A stretch of 64,000 bases of DNA from a candidate division WOR-3 bacterium (GTDB taxonomy: Bacteria > Hydrothermota > Hydrothermia > JBDRYB01): contig JBDRYB010000001.1 of NCBI GenBank assembly GCA_039803205.1, forward strand, positions 331,413-395,412, read 5' to 3'. The notes under the pieces were generated by a model, which saw nothing but the letters and a program-made list of their open reading frames with translations, was not told the DNA's origin and ran no database searches. The translations under genes and the position numbers were made by a program. Below are positions 57,328-64,000 of the stretch, one piece after another (the first letter of the stretch is position 1; every line of letters begins with the position of its first letter).

Positions 57328-58056
57328 CTATTCCCCTGACCAGCGCTCCATCTGGTTCACATCAAACCTCTCTGCGGGTATTTTGGTGTTGAACTTTATA
57401 TCCATGATGGTGAGAACGGTCTTGTGGCCCGGTTTGTCCCCCGGGATGACTTCCATGAGCGTGGGGAGCCTTCTGCCGCCTATGGTTTTTACCCCAGAAT
57501 ATCTTATGGTCCTGACCCTTTTGCCATCCTCATCATAGTAATCCCCTCTCACAGCTATGTAGCCGGGCATTTCTATCACGAACACTATCTTTCCCCAGAC
57601 AACGGGCGCGCCCTCGCGCGGGATCAGCTCAAGGGTGTAGCGGGTGCCATCGGAGAGCGGCTCCTCGGAGACTATCCTGGAATCATAGTCCTCCGATATG
57701 CTAGATTCGTGCACTAGATCATCGTTCGTGAGGTCCGATCCCATCCAGGGGTCCATCATCATGCTCGGAGGCATCCTCAGCTTCTTGCCCGCTTTTGGCA
57801 AATACATCCATAGGTTCCCCTCCTTTTTCAGGAAGACCGTGCCGTCATCCTTTCCAGTTGAGGACTTGGTTATGACAACCAGGCTCCTGTCCCCACCTCG
57901 TTCCTCCCAGAAGCTCATCTCATAGATGGTCTGATAATCGGGCCGGATGACCTCCATCCTGTAGGAACCAACGCTCGTCGTGCCGCGCATGAGGTCTTCC
58001 GCACCCTTAAGTATCTCCTCTGCTGTAATGCCAAAGATGAACCCAACGAGGATCAT
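57328..58056 (-). CDS. LolA-like outer-membrane lipoprotein-sorting protein
   Basis: LWMYLP...PSMMMDPWMGSDLTNDDL. Confidence 0.85.
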   Translation of the reverse strand: MILVGFIFGITAEEILKGAEDLMRGTTSVGSYRMEVIRPDYQTIYEMSFWEERGGDRSLVVITKSSTGKDDGTVFLKKEGNLWMYLPKAGKKLRMPPSMMMDPWMGSDLTNDDLVHESSISEDYDSRIVSEEPLSDGTRYTLELIPREGAPVVWGKIVFVIEMPGYIAVRGDYYDEDGKRVRTIRYSGVKTIGGRRLPTLMEVIPGDKPGHKTVLTIMDIKFNTKIPAERFDVNQMERWSGE

Positions 58057-58059
58057 GGC

Positions 58060-58746
58060 CTAGCCCTTCCTCTCATCCCCAACGACAACCCCATCCCTCA
58101 GAAGTATGACCCTCTTTGCCTTGTCCATGACCAGCCTGTCGTGGGTTGAGAATACGAATGTCACCCCGTATCTCTCGTTCATTTCCCTCATCATATCAAG
58201 GAGGCCTGATGCTGTTGCTGAGTCAAGGTTAGCTGTTGGTTCATCAGCGAGGACTATCCTCGGGTTGTGGGCTAGCGCTCTCGCGACCGCTATCCTCTGC
58301 TGTTGGCCACCTGAGAGCCTGTTTGGGCGTTTGTTCAGGTATTCTCCCATGCCCATCGCTTCAAGCACCTCTTTGGCCCTTGCCCTGCGCTCGGCTTTCG
58401 GAACCTTCTGCAGGAGAAGCACGAACTCCGCGTTCTCAAGCGCTGTCAGAACCTCTATGAGGTTATAGCTCTGGAAGACAAAGCCGACCTTGCGCAAGCG
58501 GTAATCAGCCAAGGCTGATTTGCTCAGAGCCCCCAGATCAACGCCATCAACGATAACAGAGCCTGATGTGGGTTTATCAAGCCCACCTATTATGTTCAGG
58601 AGGGTTGTCTTCCCAGAGCCAGAAGGCCCGGCTATCGCAACGAACTCGCCCTCGTCTACCTCAAGGTTTATCCCCCGGAGCGCAGGGGCCTCAACCCCGT
58701 GCTCCAGGTATGTCTTCTTGAGGTCCCTTATCTTTATCAGCGTCAT
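58060..58746 (-). CDS. ABC transporter ATP-binding protein (LolD/MacB-like)
   Basis: GPSGSGKT, LSGGQQQR, LADEPTANLD. Confidence 0.95.
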   Translation of the reverse strand: MTLIKIRDLKKTYLEHGVEAPALRGINLEVDEGEFVAIAGPSGSGKTTLLNIIGGLDKPTSGSVIVDGVDLGALSKSALADYRLRKVGFVFQSYNLIEVLTALENAEFVLLLQKVPKAERRARAKEVLEAMGMGEYLNKRPNRLSGGQQQRIAVARALAHNPRIVLADEPTANLDSATASGLLDMMREMNERYGVTFVFSTHDRLVMDKAKRVILLRDGVVVGDERKG

Positions 58747-58750
58747 TGCC

Positions 58751-59974
58751 TCACACCTGCCTCATCGCTCTTGCTGGTTCAAGCCTCGCGGAACCCACTG
58801 CGGGGAAGAGGCCAGAAACCAGCGCGGCTAAAAAACTAAGGATGCATGTCATTATCGTTCCCTGGAGGAAGAACTCCCCAAACCTCGGATATATCACATC
58901 CGGCCAACCAACCATCTTTATTGCCCTTGACCACGCTGAGAGATCTATTCCGGTCACGCCCGTGGCGGCCACTATCCCGATCCCTAAAGCAACCCCGACC
59001 ATAACCCCGAAAAAGCCGATGAAGAATGACTCCGTGAGTATGAGAAAAGCAACATGTCTCCTGTGCGCGCCCATTGCCATGATGATGCCCAACTCCTTAG
59101 TCCTCTCAGATACAGAAACTATCATCACATTGCTTATTCCCGCTACCGCCAGAAGGAGAAAAACAACAAGGACGATCATGGCGTATGCCCTTCCTATATC
59201 GGTCATCATCTTTATGATGTTCATGTATGTTTCCCAGCTGAGAACCGATAGGCCCAACAGGTTGGGTCTGAGCCTTTTGGCCGCCGGCTCTGCGGCCTCA
59301 GCCCCTCGTGTCCTCGCGACCAGCCTGTGGGCCCCGGAAATGGCGAGGGTTGCCCTTGCCTCGTTGATGTTGACCAGGAGGGTTCTTGAGTCAAGGTTCA
59401 TGTCCCCCGTCTCAATTATCCCAGAGAGGATGAAACTGCCCACGCCTATTGAGCCATCCGCGGCCTGGGTTATGAATGTCATGGAATCCCCGATCCCAAC
59501 CCCCAACTGCCTAGCTAGGTTGGAGCCGATTAACGCTGAGCCAGGGTTATCGGGATCAATGAATCTGCCTTCCTTCAACATCTTGTGTAGTCTTGTGGTA
59601 AGGGTTTCTGATGGGACATCCAGCCCTATCATCCTCGTGCCTGCGGATTTCTCCGGTCCAAAAAGGAGACCGAAGGCCTCAACCCTTGCCGCGGCAGAGA
59701 CCACATCCGGGTCCCCCGAAAGAACCGAAAGCGCGTATTGAAGCCCGGGTATGGTATCAGAGACGCGTGGGTTGTCATCGTATCCAGGTTTGGTTATCTG
59801 GAGCTGGCCAACGAATAGGCTTGTTCCAGCCTCAACAGAACCAGCCTCAATGCCATCCTCCATGCCGCAGAGAAAGACGGTCAGGGCTACCGCGAACCCC
59901 ACCATTGAGGAAGCGAGGCCTGTCCTTCCTTTGTTTCTGCTGAGGTTTCTGAGGGCTATGATCACCCAGTTCAT
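58751..59974 (-). CDS. FtsX/LolC-E-like ABC permease
   Basis: IALRNLSRNKGRT, SVSERTKELGI; ATG 59974 overlaps upstream stop. Confidence 0.9.
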   Translation of the reverse strand: MNWVIIALRNLSRNKGRTGLASSMVGFAVALTVFLCGMEDGIEAGSVEAGTSLFVGQLQITKPGYDDNPRVSDTIPGLQYALSVLSGDPDVVSAAARVEAFGLLFGPEKSAGTRMIGLDVPSETLTTRLHKMLKEGRFIDPDNPGSALIGSNLARQLGVGIGDSMTFITQAADGSIGVGSFILSGIIETGDMNLDSRTLLVNINEARATLAISGAHRLVARTRGAEAAEPAAKRLRPNLLGLSVLSWETYMNIIKMMTDIGRAYAMIVLVVFLLLAVAGISNVMIVSVSERTKELGIIMAMGAHRRHVAFLILTESFFIGFFGVMVGVALGIGIVAATGVTGIDLSAWSRAIKMVGWPDVIYPRFGEFFLQGTIMTCILSFLAALVSGLFPAVGSARLEPARAMRQV

Positions 59975-61200
59975 CAATACCTCATTGCTCGGGAGGGGAC
60001 CATTCTGGCGGCTATGTATGCTGGATAAAGAGAGCTGAGAACAGAGACAGCGAGAAAACCGAGGATAGGCTCGTGAAAGTGAGACCAAAAAACAGCCCCC
60101 ATCTGCGGATATAGCTTGCCTATGTTGCCCATGTCGTAGCTCTCGTATATCTCGGAAAATCCGCTGACATCTATTCCAGTCATGCTCGTTATCCAGACAG
60201 CGATGAAACCTATGATGAGGCCGATGACTATTCCGATTGCGCCGAGAATAACCCCTTCGGCGATGACCATTCCGAAAACGCCCAAGGGCTTCATTCCTAC
60301 AGCCTGCATTATCCCGAACTCGCGAACGCGTTGCTGGACTGACATGAGCATGGTAGCGGCTATGCTTGAGAGCGCGAGGAACATGAAGAGGAGAAGGACA
60401 ATGGATACGCTCCCGCGCTTCATCTGGACGGTCTGTTCAATTACGGGCAGGAACTCTCTCCACGACCTCGCGACAACGCCTCCGCCTGGATTCAGCCTCC
60501 TGGCGACATCATCCGCGGAGCTGAGGCTCTTGACCCTTATGGCTATGATGTGATACCCGTTCACGAGGAGCATCCTTTTGAGGGTCTCCGAGCTGAGAAC
60601 CACGAGGCTCCTGTCCAGCTCAGCTGATCCGAGGTGAAATATCCCTTTTACCCTGAGCGCCTCTCCGGATATGTTCCCGGTTGAATCCATGGCCATTATA
60701 ACGAACTTGGAGCCGAGCCTCAGGCCCAGGTCATCAGCCATCCTGTCGCCGATCAGCGCCCCCCGTTTATCCCCCGGGCCTATGAACTCTCCTTCCTTCA
60801 AGTATTCGGAGAACTTTGAGACCCCGGACTCGTTCTCTGGCCTTATCCCAACGAGAAGGGCTCCGGATGAACCTGTCGGGGACCTGACCATGCCCGTTGC
60901 CAGAAGCCGGGGAGAAAACCCAATTACATCGGGGTCGCTTCTGATGCGTGAGAATATCTCAGATGTATCTGATATGACCTTTCTCACATCGTAATCGTCG
61001 CTGAATCCAGCCCTCTCAATCTGAACCTGGCCGGGGAACATGTCTGTTATGTGTCTGAGGGCTATTTCCCACGCGCCATCCTGTATTGCCCACATGAAAA
61101 CCGTGAGCGCCATTCCTACTACAATTATGGAGATTGAGAGGGCTGTTCTCCGCTTGTTGGCGAGGATGTTGCGATAGGCGATCTGAAAATATATCCTCAC
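59974..61200 (-). CDS. FtsX/LolC-E-like ABC permease
   Basis: IAYRNILANKRRT, SVQQRVREFGI. Confidence 0.9.
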   Translation of the reverse strand: MRIYFQIAYRNILANKRRTALSISIIVVGMALTVFMWAIQDGAWEIALRHITDMFPGQVQIERAGFSDDYDVRKVISDTSEIFSRIRSDPDVIGFSPRLLATGMVRSPTGSSGALLVGIRPENESGVSKFSEYLKEGEFIGPGDKRGALIGDRMADDLGLRLGSKFVIMAMDSTGNISGEALRVKGIFHLGSAELDRSLVVLSSETLKRMLLVNGYHIIAIRVKSLSSADDVARRLNPGGGVVARSWREFLPVIEQTVQMKRGSVSIVLLLFMFLALSSIAATMLMSVQQRVREFGIMQAVGMKPLGVFGMVIAEGVILGAIGIVIGLIIGFIAVWITSMTGIDVSGFSEIYESYDMGNIGKLYPQMGAVFWSHFHEPILGFLAVSVLSSLYPAYIAARMVPSRAMRY

Positions 61201-61281
61201 TTCTCACTCAGATTATAAGGCACAGAGCCAATCTGGGGCAAACGCGAGCGGGGTTGGATTCTTATTTGGGGTCACAACCAC

Positions 61282-61350
61282 TTCGCAACGAGCCTTGAGA
61301 ACATAGAGGAAGGCATAAAGAGGTTCGGGGACGCGGTTAGAGGGAGGTAG
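61282..61350 (+). pseudogene. Orphan 3' fragment of a class I/II PLP aminotransferase
   Basis: Reads FATSLENIEEGIKRFGDAVRGR*, resembling the AspC-type C-terminal helix; no upstream gene body. Confidence 0.5.
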
Positions 61351-61426
61351 GGGCACCTCTTGTGTGTGCTCAAAAAACCACGGCAGATCAAACCCTGGCC
61401 CGGGAAAAGGCCTTACAGAATAATTT

Positions 61427-62398
61427 TTACCCCCTGAAGAGACCTGATAAAAGTCTTTCCCAGTCCTCTCGTTTGAATTTGAGGTTTCCACAATATTCCA
61501 TGTGCTTCTCCTCTCTGATCTCGCCCAGGAATGGAAGCACGGAACCTTTTTCTCTGATACTTAAAGGCCCAGGTATAAAATACCCAACCACATAATTAGG
61601 AATAGCCGGCAGTGGGACAATTTCTTCCTCAAGTTCCGCGAGCAGATCCTTGAAATGATCATCTTTACCAACAAAGCCCTTGATGTGGTTAAGCAATTTG
61701 GCGAGGCTACTGATATTCTTCAGAATTCCCAGAAAAAAATCCTCCGGCAGAACGGTCTTGACGAATATCCCTATGTGGCAATTTTTAGGGCACTCGGCAT
61801 ATGCAGACTCCAGGCTCTTGGAGGATTTGATGGACACAATTTCACTTATCGTTGTTTCCTGCTCCCCTCTTTTCAGGTTTACAATATCGGATTTAAATCT
61901 GTCCCGTTCTATGTCGATATCCCAATCAAGATCGGTGTCGTATCCAAACCCCATTATGAACTTCCGAAATGCTATTTCACCTATCTTGCCAATGAAATGG
62001 TCTGAAATAATTTGAAGGGTTCCTCGTGATTTGGCTCTGTCCGTAAATTCGGTTATTGTGGCTCTGGTTTCGCCCACGCGCATCTTATAGGGCATCAGTA
62101 AGGAGAACAGAAGGAGCCTGTAAAAATCCTCATCCTTGTCAGGATCTATCTCAATGAGATTGGGCAAGAGCCTTTTCACAATCCACTCCTCAATCTCTTC
62201 CCGCGAGGTTTCATACAGGAAGGCGTTTCCTTTGGTGATCAGTCTCGCACACTCCAGTCCCCTTATAGCCCCTATTATCAGGCGGAGTGTGGACTCACGA
62301 TCCAGCCTATCTTTTACAAGACTAATGTCCGGTAAGGATGCAAGGACAAATTCCAAGGCATCTTTCTTGCGGGCTAGCCGTGTTCTGGCTATGTTCAT
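61427..62398 (-). CDS. Putative PD-(D/E)xK restriction endonuclease
   Basis: GKIGEIAF...SDI...VSIKSS; divergent from a DNA methyltransferase. Confidence 0.6.
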   Translation of the reverse strand: MNIARTRLARKKDALEFVLASLPDISLVKDRLDRESTLRLIIGAIRGLECARLITKGNAFLYETSREEIEEWIVKRLLPNLIEIDPDKDEDFYRLLLFSLLMPYKMRVGETRATITEFTDRAKSRGTLQIISDHFIGKIGEIAFRKFIMGFGYDTDLDWDIDIERDRFKSDIVNLKRGEQETTISEIVSIKSSKSLESAYAECPKNCHIGIFVKTVLPEDFFLGILKNISSLAKLLNHIKGFVGKDDHFKDLLAELEEEIVPLPAIPNYVVGYFIPGPLSIREKGSVLPFLGEIREEKHMEYCGNLKFKREDWERLLSGLFRG

Positions 62399-62471
62399 AC
62401 TGAAAGTATATCAGGTTCTCATGACCCTCATCAAGTTGAATTGGCAGGAGTGATCGGATTATACTGGTAGG

Positions 62472-63707
62472 GTGAAGGAAATTCTCTCTGCCAGACCAAT
62501 AGTCTTTAGGGATATGTATGGGCTATCAACGACTTACGCTACCCACGGGCTCTATTATTACCCCGCCAAGTTCATACCCCATGTGGTTAGATATTGCATT
62601 GAAAACTATTCTCATGGGCCGAGCACGAAACTTTTTGATCCTTTTGCTGGTTCAGGAACAAGCGGAGTTGAGGCTTATCTAAGCGGCCTGGACTTTGTGC
62701 TGGCTGACATAAACCCTATACTCAAGCACTTGACTGAAGTAAAGCTTCTGAGCTTAGACCCCCACAAGGACTGGCGGGCCGAACTGAATAGGTGTTTAAT
62801 GGTTTTGGAGAATGAAAATGGAAAATTTACACCTAGTTGGAAAAGCATGGGCTACTGGTATGAGGCCCCTGTTCTGGATGAGCTGATGAAGAAGTGGGGA
62901 AATTTAATGAGGCTAGAATCACCGCTCAAGCCAATTCTTACTTTCGCACTCCTGAGAATTTCTAGGCTGTTTTCTTGGGACGAGGACAGGGCCCCGAAAC
63001 TATTCAAATCCAAGAGAAAGGATAAGGAGCTCCGCAAAATATTAAGTGGGGATTGGAAATCGGCTATGAAAACCCAACTAGCAAAAATATCCCTGGAATA
63101 CCTGGGAAGGGTCATGGATTTCAACCGTTTTGCTGGTTTTCTGACAAGGAAGCCGGAGTATGTGGTCTATAACGGGATAGATGTCTCTGAACCGAAAGAG
63201 TTCCCCAGAATCAGCTATGATCTGGTCGTCACCTCGCCTCCGTATCTTCAGGCTCAGGAATATCTGAGGACAAGCAAACTTGACCTTTACTGGCTAGGGT
63301 ATTCCGAAGAAGAAATAAAAAGGCTCACGAACAAGGAGATTCCTTACAAAAAACCGCCGGCGGATTGGTGGAGAGAATACCCTATAATTGATGGGATCAT
63401 AAGAATACATCAGAATCAGAAATCCTTGATGATTTCTTACTTTTACTACCTACTGAGAGCATTTGATCTGACAATAGAGAGCCTTTCCCCGGGAGGATAT
63501 ATATGTGTGTTTCTGGGATCGCCGAAAGCCAATGGAAACGAGATCCTCATCTGGAGGTTAATAGCGGAACATTTTGAAAACAGGGGTCTGGAACTTACCG
63601 AGGTTCTTGAGGATAGGATAGTCAACAGAAAGCTATTTAGGGGACGGAAGAATCTGAATCCTATGGGAATGGAATCGGAGTTTCTGGTGGTAGCCAAGAA
63701 GGGATAA
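62472..63707 (+). CDS. Amino-DNA methyltransferase, probably N4-cytosine (alpha order)
   Basis: THGLYYYPAKFIP, DPFAGSGT (motif I) before TSPPY (motif IV). Confidence 0.85.
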   Translation: MKEILSARPIVFRDMYGLSTTYATHGLYYYPAKFIPHVVRYCIENYSHGPSTKLFDPFAGSGTSGVEAYLSGLDFVLADINPILKHLTEVKLLSLDPHKDWRAELNRCLMVLENENGKFTPSWKSMGYWYEAPVLDELMKKWGNLMRLESPLKPILTFALLRISRLFSWDEDRAPKLFKSKRKDKELRKILSGDWKSAMKTQLAKISLEYLGRVMDFNRFAGFLTRKPEYVVYNGIDVSEPKEFPRISYDLVVTSPPYLQAQEYLRTSKLDLYWLGYSEEEIKRLTNKEIPYKKPPADWWREYPIIDGIIRIHQNQKSLMISYFYYLLRAFDLTIESLSPGGYICVFLGSPKANGNEILIWRLIAEHFENRGLELTEVLEDRIVNRKLFRGRKNLNPMGMESEFLVVAKKG

Positions 63708-63722
63708 GACCCAGCAAAAGCC

Positions 63723-64000
63723 TCATGGCACTATCCTCGTCCCCCCCTTTCCCTCAAGCGCGAGCCTAAGCCCCTCAAGGGATGTGATTATGACTTCCTT
63801 TCCGCCTGACCTCAGGAAATCGCAGGCCGCCTCAATCTTCGGGCCCATTGAGCCAGATGGAAAGTGGCCCTCCATGAGGTATTTTTCGGCCTCTGCGCAG
63901 GTTATCTCGCGGAGCTCGCGCTGGTCCGGCTTTCCGAAATTGAGATAAACGGAGTCAACCGCCGTGAGAATAATGAGGAGTTCCGCGTTTATCTCCCTGG
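63723..64000 (-). CDS. arcC: Carbamate kinase, C-terminal part (runs off window)
   Basis: My translation LIILTAVDSVYLNFGKP...GHFPSGSMGPKIEAA...GTRIVP*. Confidence 0.9.
   Translation of the reverse strand, partial: REINAELLIILTAVDSVYLNFGKPDQRELREITCAEAEKYLMEGHFPSGSMGPKIEAACDFLRSGGKEVIITSLEGLRLALEGKGGTRIVP

Noticed and set aside
58746..59741. 331-aa plus-strand ORF
   Set aside because: Antisense shadow of the ABC permease; the same applies to most short overlapping ORFs in the track (for example 14219-14983, 15954-16601, 24680-25321, 42484-43074)
61213..61491. 92-aa minus-strand ORF
   Set aside because: Overlaps the nuclease 3' end, has no recognisable motif, and the opposite strand better explains the region as an aminotransferase remnant

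Overview
Bacterial chromosomal window from a diderm organism. ATA/AGG-rich codons, very short signal peptides and T9SS-like C-terminal domains suggest a WOR-3/FCB-related lineage (inference only). Housekeeping blocks are proS-rimP-nusA-infB', bamD-nadD, asnS-cutA, mreBCD-mrdA-rodA, ilvE-rpiB, dxr-dxs-mcsA-mcsB-like, a Lol-like ABC operon, arcC' and four tRNAs. Two restriction-modification loci are also present. The most striking structure is a module seen three times: a leaderless TPR + SARP-type (wHTH-BTAD) regulator transcribed divergently from a secreted FG-GAP/PQQ-like beta-propeller gene. Each propeller promoter has its own 11-12-bp-period direct repeat just upstream of the -10 box. All four propeller genes end in a conserved large-loop hairpin exposing CACCTCCCG (anti-Shine-Dalgarno-like). 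Window-wide, many transcription units look leaderless (-10 box + 6-7 nt + start codon), including apparent ATC and CTG starts. All calls are by eye; no searches were run.
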